DNA from: Mobula hypostoma
Lineage: Eukaryota
Assembly (NCBI RefSeq): GCF_963921235.1
Contig: NC_086109.1
Location: 11,038,001-11,102,000 of the forward strand
Direction: 5' to 3'
DNA: 64,000 nucleotides
Shown here: positions 13,142-25,581 of the stretch, one piece after another
How the letters are laid out: each line of letters starts with the position of its first letter
How positions within the stretch are numbered: position 1 is the first letter of the stretch
Position numbers and translations under genes: made by a program
Notes under the pieces: model-generated
What the model was told of the DNA's origin: nothing
Database searches by the model: none
The model's input: only the letters and a program-made list of their open reading frames with translations

Positions 13142-13920
13142 TAAGGCCATAAGATATAGGAGAAGAATTGGGCTATTTGGCCCATCGAGTACTTATTTAT
13201 TGATTCTTCTATATTATGTATTGCATTGAACTGCTGCTGCTAAGTTAACAAATTTCACGACACATGCCGGTGTTAATAAACCTGATTCGGATTCTGAGTC
13301 TGCTCTGCCATTTCACCATTGCTGATCCAAATTTCCTCTCAGCCCCAATCTCCTGCCTTTTCCTCGTATCCCTTCATGCCCTGACCAATCAAGAATCTTG
13401 TCAACCTCTGCCTAAACTATGCAAGAACTTGGCCTCCACAGCTGCCTGTGGCAAAGAATTCCACAGATTCACCACACTCTGGCTAAAGAAATTCCTCCCA
13501 TCTCCATTCTGGAAGGATGCCCCTATATTCTGAGGCTGCACCCCCTAGTCTTACACTCTCCAATCAAAGGACTCTCCACTCTATCAAGGCCTTTCACCAT
13601 TCGATAGGTTTCAATTAGGTCACCCCTTATTCTTCTGCAAATTAGTGAATACAGGCCCAGAGCCATCAACTGCTCTTCATATGATGAGCCATTCAATCCT
13701 GGAAATATTTTCTTGAACTCTTTTGACTCTCATCAATTTTTATCGATGCACCAAGAAAGCATTCTGTCAGATGCTGTAACCCGCCGCTTCAAATATGCCC
13801 AATGACTTGGCCTCCACACCTTCTATGGCAATGAATTACACAGATTCACCACCTTCTGGTAAAAGAAAGTCATCCTCATCTCTGTTCTAGAGAGGCGTCT
13901 TTGCATTCTGAATCGGTGCA
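13142..13920 (-). mobile_element. Degraded CR1 3' fragments with a short LINE-tail insert (~13192-13296)
   Basis: Homologous to the 11580-12070 copy. Confidence 0.75.
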
Positions 13921-14189
13921 TAAAATGTTGAACTGCCCAAATTCCCAAACAGCCAAAGGACATTTCTTTCAGACGGTGAATCCATGTGCAATTGGCACCA
14001 GTAAATGAGAACCATGTACTACAGCACCTGGATGGCCACATTTTTGCTCTAGCAACACAGCAGACATGTTTGATCAATTGCCAATAGTCGGTAGTATTAA
14101 TTAGCACATTCATCGGTCACACGGATGTAATTGGATGGCGCAGGCTGGCTTTAGTTGGAGATAAAATAAAAATAAATAATTCAATATTT

Positions 14190-14270
14190 TCATGGCAAAA
14201 AATTGTTGTGGATCAGGGACCCCAAGTACAGGGGATGTAGCGAAAGCATGTTTTAATGACCTGAGTATGT
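14190..14270 (-). mobile_element. Ty3/Gypsy pol remnant (RT-RNase H connection)
   Basis: LRSLKHAFATSPVLGVPDPQQF resembles the LKxAFTxAPVLxxPDPxxPF motif. Confidence 0.55.
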
Positions 14271-14364
14271 TCTGTCCTCCAAAGCCAAGGAGCATTTGTT
14301 TTTGAGTAATGCAAAGAGTGTTACAGCCTCGTAGGAGTCCATCAATGTGGTTTCAATGTTAGCT

Positions 14365-14580
14365 AGCCAGCCAGTAGTGTAGTGGTATAAGCACTGGACT
14401 TTGAGTGGTTCATGCGTTCCAATCCAGCTGGCGCCTTGCACGCTTTCCATCCGTGCTAGATTGAGCATCGAGCTAGCAACTTGGCCTCGTAAATAAACAG
14501 ATGAATGCTAACGAAAGGGTAAGGTTGCCACCCAATGCACCACAAGGCAACAAGGCGTGGAGAGGAATAACAATAATATT
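14365..14580 (+). mobile_element. tRNA-derived SINE
   Basis: A-box-like tagtgtagtgg, B-box-like cgttccaatcc, (AAT/AAC)n tail. Confidence 0.55.
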
Positions 14581-15577
14581 AACTAACTAATCCCAAAAAT
14601 GAGCGCAGTAGGGAAAGGAATGGTAATTAATTAGAAATGTCCCCACATTGCTGTTCGTTAATTCCCAAGTATGAAACCTGCGCCCCACATATTGACATGG
14701 TCATGAAGAAGGCAGGAAAGTGGCTCCACTTTGTTCGGAGATTCATGGCACCAAGACTCGCAAACGTCTACAGATGTACTGTGGAGAGCATACTGATTGG
14801 TTGTATCACCACCTGGTATGGAGGCTCCAATGCAAAGGATCAAAAGAGGCTGCATACCTAGTCTTGACCCAAACTATTGACTGGTTCTTTCTCTCAATAG
14901 ATGCTCCCTCTGCCTTTTGAATGCTCCCAATGGAGTGTGCCACAAATAGCCTCTGACACAATGTCCAGCTCCTGGCCTTCACATGTGGCTTAGCTACTAA
15001 ACTCAGTGGAACTATTTCTACTGACAGGAGAAGGAGCAACTGGCGCCTTAAAACCAGTCACTTTGGGCAGATGGGACTCGTCAGCCATGGTTGGCAGCTC
15101 ATCTTGGAGAATGAAAACTCTGATCTCTAACCTCCACTGACTTGTGGTTTTCCCACTCACAGAGCAGTCTTCAAGAGTAATCCCCAAGGGATATATACAG
15201 AGGCAGTCCTACATTGAGTTCAATGCTGATTGGCAACTCCTGTGACATTTCTGGTACCAAACTGTATCGGTCTCAGCCATCACTTTGGGTTCATCAAATG
15301 CACAGAGAGGGGAAGCTTGCCACATGGGCAACAGTCTCCGCTCCATATCGTACTGCCCAGGCTTGTGTATCTAGACAGCCAGGATGCAATATCCATGGTC
15401 AACTCTGACCAATGGAGGCCCTTGGATGCTACCTGACCTGTTGAGATCCCCCCAAAATTTGTGTGTATTGACTGCCATTTACATTAGGGGCACAATCCTC
15501 CTCATTAACAAGGATATCTTCAAAACCCAGTGCCTCTTGCTTCTGACCTTTAACCTATGTCCTTACCTTTGAAAATA

Positions 15578-16240
15578 AGCATGCAGGTACAGCAGGTAGT
15601 AAAGAAAGCATGTTGGCCTTCATAACAAGGGGAGTTGAGTATAGGAGCAAAGAGGTCCTTCTGCAGTTGTACAGGGCCCTGGTGAGACCACACCTGGAGT
15701 ATTGTGTGCAGTTTTGGTCTCCAAATTTGAGGAAGGACATTCTAGCTATTGAGGGAGTGCAGCGAAGGTTCATGAGGTTAATTCCTGGGATGGCAGGACT
15801 GTCATATGTTGAAAGATTGGAGCAACTGGGCTTATATACACTGGAATTTAGAAGGATGAGAGGGGATCTGATTGAAACATGTAACATTATTAAGGGATTG
15901 TAGAGGCAGGAAACGTGTTCCTGATGTTGGCGGAGTCCAGAGCCAGAGGCCACAGTTTAAGAATGAGGGGTAGACCATTTAGAACAGAGTTGAGGAAAAA
16001 CTTTTTCACACTGAGGGTTGTAGTTCTGTGGAATGCTCTGCCTCAGAAGGCAGTGGAGGCCAATTCTCTGGATTCTTTTAAGAAAGAGTTAGATAGAGCT
16101 CTTAAAGATAGCGGAGTGAAGGGATATGGGGAGAAGGCAGGAAAAGGGTGCTGATTGTGGATGATCAGCCATGATCACAGTGAATGGCGGTGCTGGCTCA
16201 AAGGGCTGAATGGTCTACTCCTGCACCTATTGTCTATTGT
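15578..16240 (+). mobile_element. CR1 LINE 3' end
   Basis: YRSKEVLLQLYRALVRPHLEYCVQFWSP ... GVKGYGEKAGK. Confidence 0.95.
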
Positions 16241-17263
16241 TATGAGCACCTCCTTCCTGGGAAAAATACTATGTGCTTTCCATGAACTTATTTACCTCTG
16301 TTAGCTCACTCCTCAATCTCCTATGTTCCATGAAATAAAGTCATAGCTTCTGCAACCTCCCCTTGTAGCTCAGCTCGCCTGAGTCCAGTTAACATCATTG
16401 TAATTCTTTTAACCCTGTCCCTAGCTTAATAATGTTCGTTCATTATGTGCCACATTGAGTGTAGAGTGGCAGGGTGGAGATATGACTCTACTAAAGGAGT
16501 TGTGAGGTGCTCCTTCCCTCCACTAGCCCACAGATCACCCTCGGGCAAGGTGTAGCACCTGCTTTGATAATAAATTTACTTTGAACTTTGACCTACGACT
16601 CACACGGCACAAGATGAAGAACTGCTGCATATTTGTTTTTGCAGAAACATGAATCCAGGACAACATCTCGTGCGCCATCAATTTTCAGGCATGCCACTCG
16701 GGGACTTGTGCTAATATTTTTTTGTGACTGTATGTGCTATTGCAACTATACGTGCTGTGTTCTGTGTGTAACTGTATGTTCTGTGTTTTGCACCCTTGGC
16801 TCCACAGGAGTGGTGTTTCGTCCAGCTGAATAAATGTATCTAGTTGAATGACAGTTAACTAGATTGGAGTTAATTGTTTGGATTGGAGAGCATGCCTCAT
16901 GGGAACAGGTTGACTGAACTTGCCCTCTTCTCCTTGGAGTGACAGAGGATGAGAGTTGATCTGATAGAGGTGTATAAGATGACGAGAGGCATTGATCGTA
17001 TGGATAGTCAGAGGCTTTTTCCTGGGGCTGGAATGGCTACCACGAGGAGGCATAGTTTTATGGTGCTTGGAAGTACTTCAAGGATGATGTCAGAGGTAGG
17101 TTTTTTACACAGAGAGTGGTGGGTTCGTGGAATGAACTGCCAGTGAAGATGGTAGAGGCAGATACAATAGGGTCTTCTAAGAGACTCTTAGATAGGTACA
17201 TGAAGCTTAGAAAAATAGAGGGCTATATGGTAGGGAAATTCTAGGCATCTTCTCGAGTAGGTT

Positions 17264-17419
17264 CTCTTACTAGCTCTTCCTTCAGTTAGTCCTGACGAAG
17301 GGTCTCGGCCTGAAACTTCGACCGTACCTCTTCCTAGAGATGCTGCCTGGCCTGCTGCGTTCACCAGCAACTTTGATGTGTGTTGCTTGAATTTCCAGCA
17401 TCTGCAGAATTCCTCGTGC
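17264..17419 (+). mobile_element. Short PLE 3' terminal (pLTR) insertion inside a CR1 3' end (~16880-17490)
   Basis: 13-bp TSD TCTCGAGTAGGTT at 17251-17263 and 17420-17432. Hammerhead motif mutated at GAAACTTC. Confidence 0.9.
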
Positions 17420-17509
17420 TCTCGAGTAGGTTACATGGTTGGCACAACATTGTGGGCCGAAGGGCCTAAATAGATTTTCTATGTCTCTACGTTTCTAAAC
17501 TTTAACTTA

Positions 17510-19229
17510 AAATATGAGGCTGCTTAACAAGTTAAGAGCCAATAGTACTACAGGAAAGATACTAGTATGAATCAAACAGAGGCTGCTTGTCAGGAGGCAA
17601 AGAGTGGGAATAAAGGGAGCCTTTTCTGGTTGGCTGCTGGCCAGTGACTAGCGGTGTTCCACAGGGGTCTGTGTTAAGACTGCTTCTTTTTACATTTGTA
17701 ACCCCCTCATCATGACTCATTATAGACTAGGCTCTCTAGCTAACACTGGCTATCAGCCACGTTATTCAGCATTGCATGGGTAATGGTGAGAAGGCCGCCC
17801 TCCATAAGCAACACACATCCAGGGTTGGTATGATTCACGCTCAAGCAAACAGGAAAGTTGTAATGATCCACTGAGGGAATGAAAATTACAGTGAATGCGC
17901 TGTAAGTAATGCCCCATGCAAAGTTATCATTTGCCAGGAAATAATAGCACTTGCACTGGCATAAACTTTAAGTGGAAGTATGTGTATTTACAGATATTTC
18001 AACTTTAACAAGCAGCTAATAGAAAAGAAGGGTCCTTAACAGTTAAACCAGTCTAAATGTACACATAAATATTGGAGCTTATTGCTGGATATTCAATGCT
18101 TTAATTGCTCACGGCATGGAACCCACGTTCTGCTTAAAAGACACGAGCGACATTTTGAGCAAATGACTCTTTATCTTAGCAGAAGCCAAAATACTAAACT
18201 GTGAAGCCTAATTAACAGAACATAATGTGTTTTACAGAAAATAAAACACTTAACAGCACAACAGTAATGAGACAATAAATCATGTTCTTAGTCAGGGCAT
18301 TACGCATTATATGTCAATGACTTGGATCACTGAATTGATGACTTTGTGGCAAAGTTTGCAGATGATACGAAGACAGGTGGAGGGGCAGGTAGTTTTGAAG
18401 ATGTAGAGAGGCTACAGAAGGATTTAGACATATTAGGAGAATGGGCAAAAAAGTGGCAGATGGCGGGAAGAGTATGGTTATGCACTTCGGTAAAAGAAAT
18501 AAAAGAGTAGACTGTTTTTAAATGGAGAGAAAATTCAAAAACCTGAGGTGCAAAGGGACTTGGGAGTACTTGAGTAGGATTCCTTAAAGGTTCATCTGCA
18601 GGTTGAGTTGGTGATGAGGAAGGCAAATGGGATGTTCGCATTAATTTCAAGAGCACTAGAATAAAAAAGCAAGGATGTAAAGTTGAGGATTTATAAAGCA
18701 CTGGTGAGGCCTCACTTGAACTATTGTGAGCAGTTTTGGGTCCCTTATCTAAGAAATTGATATTGGAGAGGATTCAAAGAACGTTCACAGAAATGATTCT
18801 TGGGATTGAAAGGCTTTTCATATGAAAAGCATTTCAATGCTCTTATCAAAACCTATCAAATGTTGAAAGGCCTCGATAAGGCAGATATGGAGAGGATTTT
18901 TCCTTTGGTGGGCGAGTCTAAGACCAGAGGACACAGCCTCAGAATAGAGGGGGGACATTTTAGGATGGAGATGAGGAGGAATTTCTTCAGCCAGAGAGTG
19001 GTGAATTCTGAAGAATTTGTTGCCACAGATGGCATTGAAGCCAAATTATTGGGTATATTTAAAGCAGAAGTTGATAGATCTTCGATTGGTCAAGGAATGA
19101 AAGGATATGGAGAGAAGGCAGGAGACTGGGTCTGAGAATGAAAATGGATCAGCCAAGATGAAATGGCAGAGCAGACTCGATGGCCAAATGACCTAATTCT
19201 ACTCTTATATCTTATGGTCCTATGGTCTT
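17510..19229 (+). mobile_element. CR1 LINE RT and 3' end, interrupted by a solo LTR
   Basis: gtgactagcggtgttccacagggg (VTSGVPQG), tttgcagatgatacgaag (FADDTK), GMKGYGEKAGDW. Confidence 0.9.
17697..18304. mobile_element. Solo LTR (Gypsy-like), 608 bp
   Basis: Termini TGTAACCC...GGGCATTAC(G), 4-bp TSD CATT. Removing it restores CR1 tttttacattatatgtcaatgac. Confidence 0.8.
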
Positions 19230-19919
19230 AAAATATCTTCACTAAGCAACACACAAAAATTGCTGGAAGAGCTCAGCAAGTCAAGCAGCATTTATGGAGT
19301 GAAATAAACACAAGTAAAATAAAATAGTCAATGTTTCGGGTCATGACCCTTCATTAGGGTCTCTGCCCGAAACATTGACTATTTAAAAATTAGCTTTATT
19401 TGTCACATGCATCAAAACACCAAAATACAGTGAAATCCATTGTTTTGTGTCAATGGGCAACACAGTCTGAAACGTGCTGGCAGCAACCTGCAAGTGTCAC
19501 TATGCTTTGGTATGTGGGAGGAAATCAGAACACCCAGAGGAAACCTGCTTAGTCACAGGGAGAATGTATGACAGTGCTGGGTATTGAACCCAAATCTTAC
19601 GTTTGGTGCTGTATTCCCATTCATAAATGCTGCCTGACTTAATTTAAGTTCCTCCAGCATTTTCTGTGCGTCGCTCAAGATTTCCAGCTGAATCTCCTGT
19701 TTAAAATATTTTCTCTGTGTGCTCTATCTACTGACCCCATTCTAACAGCAGTCTTTGAAATACACCACACAATTCCAGTGTACTGACAGTGACCCCGTGA
19801 AACAGAGCAACAAAAATCACAATGTAACCTGTGGCTCTTGTAGATAATTTATGATTTGTGATGTGACTGAGATTAAACTCTGAACGAGCAGATAGTATTT
19901 TACTGACCTTCCCTCTCCC

Positions 19920-21480
19920 AAAGACATAGGAGCAGAATTAGGCCATTCAGCTCACTACAAATACTCCGCCATTCCATCATGACTGATTTTTAAGACCATA
20001 AGATAGGAGCAGAATTAGGCCATTTGGCCCATCAAGTCAGCTCCACCTTTCATCATGGCTGATCCATTTTTCCTCTCAGCCCACCCTCCTACTTTCTCCC
20101 TGTTTCCTTCAGGTCCTGACCAATCAAGAATCTATCAACATCTGCCTTAAATATACATACAGACGGCCGCCACAGCTGCCTCTGGCAATGAATTCCACAG
20201 ATTCACTACTCTATGACTAAAGAAATTCTCCCTCATCTCCATTCTAAAAGGAGGGCCCTCTATTCTGAAGCTGGGTCCTCTGGTCTTAGACTGTCCCACA
20301 ATAGAAAACATCCTCTCTACATCTACTCTTTCACCATTCACAAACAAGAGAAAATCTGCAGATACTGGAAATCCAAGTAACACACATAAAATGCTGGAGG
20401 AGCTCAGCATGTCAGGCAGCATCTGTGGAAAAGAGCACAATCGACGTTTCAGACCGAGACCCTTCAGCTGGACCATTTGATAGGTTTCAATGAGGTCACC
20501 CGTCATTCTTCTGAATTCCAGAGAATACAGGCTCAAAGCCATCAGACGCACTTCATATGACAAGCTGTTCAACTTGGAATAATTTTCATGAACCTCCTTT
20601 GAACCCTCTCCAGTTTCAGCACATCCTTTCTAAGATAAAGTGCCCAAAACTGCTCACAATACTCCAAGTGAGGCCTCACCAGTGCTTTATAAAGTCTCAA
20701 CATTACATCCTTGTTTTTATATCCTAGTCCTTTTGAAATGAATGCTAACATCGCATTTGTCTTCCTCACCACGGATTCAACCTGCAAATTCGCCTTTAGG
20801 GAATCCTGCACAAGGACTCACAAATCCCTTTGTGCCTCAGTTTTTTTGTTTTTGCTCTCCATTTAGAAAATAGTCAAGCCTCTCATTTCTTCTACCCAAA
20901 GTGCATGACCACACACTTCCTGACTCTGTATTCCATCTGCCACTTCTTTGCCCATTCTCCTAATCTAAGTCCTTGTAGCGTCTCTACTTCCTCAAATCTA
21001 CCTGCCCCTCCGCCTATTTTCATATCGTCTGCAAACGTTGCAACAAAGCCATTAATTCCATCTAAATCACTTACATATAATGTAAAAATAATCAGTCCCA
21101 ACACACAGCCCTATGGAAATCTACTAGTCACCAGCAGTCAACAAGAAAAGGCTCCCTTTATTCCTATTCTTTGCTTCCTGCCAGTCAGCCACCGCTTTAT
21201 GCCTTCTAGAAACTTGTTAAGCACCTTTATTATCCTTCTCAACCCCATTCTCCTCCCTTATCCCAATAGCCTTTGACACCCTTACTAATAAAGAGCCTAT
21301 CGACTTCTCCCTTAAATATACCCATTGACTTGGCTTCCCCAGCCGATTGTAACAATGAATTCCACAGATCCTCCGCCTTCTGGCTAAGAAATTCCTCCTC
21401 ACCTCTGTTCTTTAGGGACGTCCTTCTGTTTGTGGTTATGCCCTCTGGTCCTAGACTTTCCCACTATTGTAAATGTTCTC
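19920..21480 (-). mobile_element. CR1 LINE copies with a PLE pLTR inserted at ~20340-20472
   Basis: YKALVRPHLEYCEQFW, FVATFADDMKIGG. Confidence 0.9.
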
Positions 21481-22199
21481 TTCAAAATGCTGAATAAATT
21501 AAAGCTTCCACCGCCAGCAGATACTCTACAATAGAGTATTTTAAGAGCCTCTTACGTAGGTACATGGAGCTTAGAAAAATAGAGGGCTATGCGCTAGGGA
21601 AAATCTAAGCAGTAGGTTACATGGTTGGCACAAGCATTGTGGGCGGAAGGGCCTGTAATGTGCTGTAAATTTTATGTTCTCTTGTACTGTGAGCACTGGC
21701 AGAGATCTACAAACTCTGAAGAAACACAACAGTTTCAGGGTGACAGTCCCAGTGGTGCTATATACTCTTAATTAATAGAAATCATGGAACATAGAACATT
21801 ACAACAGCCCTTTGGCCAATGATGTTGTGCAAATGTTTTAACCTATTCTAAGGTCAGTCTAATCCCTTCCTCCCTCATTACTCTCCATTCTGTATCGTAC
21901 ATGCACCTAAGAGCTCCTTAAATGCCAATAATGTATCTGCCTCTACCATCACCCCTAGTTTCATGCACTCGGTATTCTCTGTGTAAAATATTTACCTCTG
22001 ACATCCCCCCTATATGTTCCTCCAATCACTTTAAAACAATGTCCCCGGTATTAACCGTTTCTGTCCTGGGAAAAAGATCATTGTTAAATCTTTTTGATCT
22101 TGGCTCAATTTCTATCAAGGCAAACTACATTTTCAACCTTTCTCTTCAGGCATAGTTGGTGATTTGCCGGTGTGCTTATCAAACAACATACAGAGAATA

Positions 22200-22445
22200 A
22201 TGGAAATTTTTTGAGATACACTCTGGTAACTGGCCCAACGAGTCCACACCGCCCAGTGACACCCATGTAACTAATTAACCTACTAACCTATATGTCTATG
22301 GAATGTGGGAGGAAACTGAAGCAGCCGGAAGAAACTCACGTGGTAACGGGGAGAATGTACAAACTCCTTACAGACAGCGGCAGAAATCGAACACGGGTCG
22401 CAGGTGCTCTCATGGCGTCATGCTAACTGTTACACTATCATGACA
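22200..22445 (-). mobile_element. V-SINE (HE1-like)
   Basis: V-domain ggaatgtgggaggaaac...gaaactcacgtggt and a tRNA-like head. Other copies at ~19385-19612, 28550-28665, 31480-31690 plus 32200-32257, and 43740-44162. Confidence 0.7.
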
Positions 22446-23577
22446 GCTGGCATGCTTTGGAATACTTCGAACAAAAGGATATTGACCCAAAATGTTTTGT
22501 TGTGTACATAGGTTTTTTTTTTAAGTTTGCCTTCACAAAATTGTGGGCTTTTGCGCAAGGAAGTGGAAATTAGTGACCTGGTGACTTTGACAGGGAAGTC
22601 CCAGTTTCATTGAGTTACGTCAGCTGGTGAAATATTGGAGTGCTACAGTTAGCTCAAAGTTCCTAGTAATTGAAAAAGAAACACAGCAAGTGTTCCTAAT
22701 CCCATTTGATGACTTCCTCTAGCAACATAGCACATGCAGAAAAGCACAAAAATCTCTGGAGGAGCTCAACATTGAGTCTACTATCACAAGCACAAGTACA
22801 TGCATGTACTCATGCAATTAAAAATTTGCAAATGCAAGAGATTCTGCAGATCATAAAGACCAGAATGTCTGCAGATGCTGGAAACCCGAAGCAACGCACA
22901 CACAATATGGAAACGACTCGATGGGTCAGCCAGCATCTATGAAAATGAACAAACAGTTGATGTTTTGGACTGAGGTACCTCGACAGGACTAGAAAGGAAG
23001 GGGGAAGACGGCAGAATAAAAATGTGAGGGTAGGGGAATGAGGATAGTTAGAAGGTGACAAGTGAAGCCAGATGGGTAGGAAAGATAAAGGGCTGGAGAG
23101 GAGGGAATCTGATAGGAGAATCTGTAGATGCTGGAAATCATCAGCAACACGGACAAAATGCTGGAGGATCTCAGCAGGACAGGCAGTATATATGGAGGGG
23201 AATAAGCAGTCATCCATTTATCAGGACTTGAATGCAGCAGCATTGCAGGCACAAGCTGCATTCATGAGAAAAATATAAATTAAACATACATTGATCACAA
23301 TTTTTAAAGAAAGAACACGATTGGGGAAAAAAAGAAAATAAAGTTTATTTTAGTCAAAATGAACGAAGTGGTTATCTTGTTGCCAAACTGTAGTGTTTAT
23401 GACCGTTCAGTTTAGTTCAAGAACTGAGTGGTTGACAGGTCTTTGCTGTTCCTGCAGCTGGTGGTGCGGGACTTCAGGCTTCTGTACCTTCTGCCTGATG
23501 GGAGAGCACGAAGATAGCACAACATGGCTCAGCATGTCAGGCAGCATCTGTGGAGAGAAATGGACAGTTGACAGGTT

Positions 23578-24258
23578 ATTCTTTTTAAAAAATATTTTAT
23601 TTATGATTTTCTACAAACTACAGCGTAGAAGAAAAAGAATCGATAGTATAAATAGAAGGATCATTGCAATACAGACAAAAATAGTAATAATACATATCTT
23701 AACAAATGAGCAAGTCACCCATATTAAAAAAAGAAAAATTAGAAAGGAACCACCCAACCCACCCACTATCTAACTCCAAGCCAACCATTATATTATAAGT
23801 ATAAATATTTGAAAGGACATTTGAGATAAACTTTTATCACCCCAGAACTATATATTGTAGTAAAAAGAGAAATGATTAATAATTTTTTTAAAAAGCAGCC
23901 TGCTACCTAATGAAAGAATCAAAGAAAGCTGGAAATGCAGGATCTGACTATCAAGGGAAGAAAAAAAATACACCTGTCAATCTAGGTGAGGATTATGAAA
24001 ATATTCAAGAAAGGGTCCCCACACCTTATGGAACTTTATGTCTGAATTAAAAAGTGAATAGTAAATCTTTTCAAGATCTAAACAAGACATAATATCCTTA
24101 AGCCATTGATCATGGGTAGGGGGAACTACATCTCTCTACTACTGCACGTCTAGCTAAAGGAGAGGCAAAAGACAATGTTCGTCGTTTAGCCGGGATCAAA
24201 TGCTTGTCAGCGTCTCGGGAAATACCGAAAAGAGCGATCAAAGGATCAGGTTCCAAAC
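23578..24258 (-). mobile_element. L1-clade LINE, ORF2 C-terminus and 3' UTR
   Basis: Manual translation LEPDPLIALFG...PPTHDQWLKDIMSCLDLEKIYY...FHKVWGPFLEY. AATAAA and A-rich tail. TSD GACAGGTT at 23570-23577 and 24259-24266. Confidence 0.85.
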
Positions 24259-24989
24259 GACAGGTTTATGTTTAAGACCAGATGAAGGACCTTGACCCAA
24301 AACGCTGCCCCCACATTTCTCTCCACGGATGCTGCTCGGCCCATTATGTTCTTCCAGCATTTTCGCCAGATTCCAGCATCTGTATTGCATGCAATGAGTC
24401 ATAATAAGATCCACTGAGTCACAAGTTGTCCCCAAACCCTTGCCATCTACTTTTTTTAGTGGAGAGAGGGTCTTCAATCTGACATCTTCAATCTGCTTTC
24501 TCAATAGATGCTGCCTGATCTGTTGAGTGATCTCAACATTTTCTGACTCTGTTAAGAGTTTGGAGTGTGCTTGGAGCATGTTGCTCTTCAAGATATTCAA
24601 TGAGCTGGCATGATACTGGAAAATGATTGCCACATCTTTAGAACTGGGGTCTGCGGAAGATAAGGGCGTCAGATGAACAGTTTTCAATACCTAATGCTCA
24701 CTGTACAGAAACAAAAATGCCTTTCATTTTCACCTTCAACTTTTATTCAGCTCGGTATGATTTACATGCTTCACCATTTACCAGCTATTATTATGAGTCT
24801 CTAGGGAGTATTCTCACTGCATTGTGGCCTCCCCGAGACAGGTGTCTCTGACGGTTTACAGCTCAAGACAAATACTAACATCTGTGCATGTTCCTGCTTA
24901 GGTACATGTTGTTCATGTTCTGCTTTCTCATTGGAAGAAGTTATACCTAAATGTTTTATTATGGTATTTCATATCGGAGGCACTCTTAC

Positions 24990-25193
24990 CTTGTGGATTT
25001 AAGACACACCGCAAAGACTTGGGTGCAGGAATCTTGGATGACACACCCATATGGTATAGGCCTGGTGGATGTGAAACCTTTTGGATGGGACGATAATCAA
25101 GATTGTGACCTCTCCTCTCAGGTAGATTTAAAATATTTCAAGGCAAAGAAAAGTTGGCGCGTCTTGTTCAACGTTTATCCCATGGCCGACATC
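24990..25193 (-). other. Candidate 204-nt internal exon, possibly 5' UTR plus start MGVSSKIPAPKSLRCVLNPQ
   Basis: Strong acceptor aattcttccttttag and donor AAG|gtaaga around unique, CpG-retaining sequence. All three frames have stops in the 5' third. Confidence 0.5.
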
Positions 25194-25263
25194 CTAAAAG
25201 GAAGAATTCTTTTTTTTTTGAAATGTTTTCCCTGTTGTAATCTATGTATCTCGTTAGTCGAAA

Positions 25264-25467
25264 GCAACACACACAAAATGCTGGAGGAACTCAGCAGGTC
25301 AGGCAGCATCTATGGAAAAAAGTAACCATTTGACTGAAAAGGAAGAGGCCCTGAAGAAGGGTCTTGGCCTGAAACATCTACTGTTTACCCTCTTCCATAG
25401 ATGCTGAGTTCCTCTAGCATTTTGTGTGTGTTGTTTTGGATTTCCAGCATTTGCAGATTTCTCGTGT
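25264..25467. mobile_element. Inverted pair of PLE pLTR fragments (older subfamily)
   Basis: caacacacacaaaatgctggaggaactcagca...tgctgagttcctctagcattttgtgtgtgttg with a decayed hammerhead core between the arms. Confidence 0.75.
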
Positions 25468-25515
25468 AGGTCTCTAGTTAATCCAGATAAGTGCATGGAT
25501 AGAAAAGATTTAGAG

Positions 25516-25581
25516 CAGAGTTTCCCAACCTTTTTTATACCATAGACTCGTACCATTAACCCAGGAGCCCGTGAACCCCTG
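25516..25581. mobile_element. 66-bp mini hAT (Charlie-type MITE)
   Basis: CAGAGTTTCCCAACC...GAACCCCTG, flanks ATTTAGAG/GTTTAGAG (7 of 8 match). Related copy at ~51728-51795. Confidence 0.7.

Noticed and set aside
14365..14440. tRNA genes (also the heads at ~22370-22440 and 40450-40520)
   Set aside because: A and B boxes only, no cloverleaf; these are SINE heads.
24990..25193. Selenoprotein exon (one frame is interrupted only by two TGA codons)
   Set aside because: No redox-type context or recognisable family, and no SECIS identified. Two TGA stops by chance is unremarkable.
24951..25325. 124-aa plus-strand ORF as a gene
   Set aside because: Splice signals point to the minus strand, the 3' part runs into a PLE repeat, and there is no recognisable domain.
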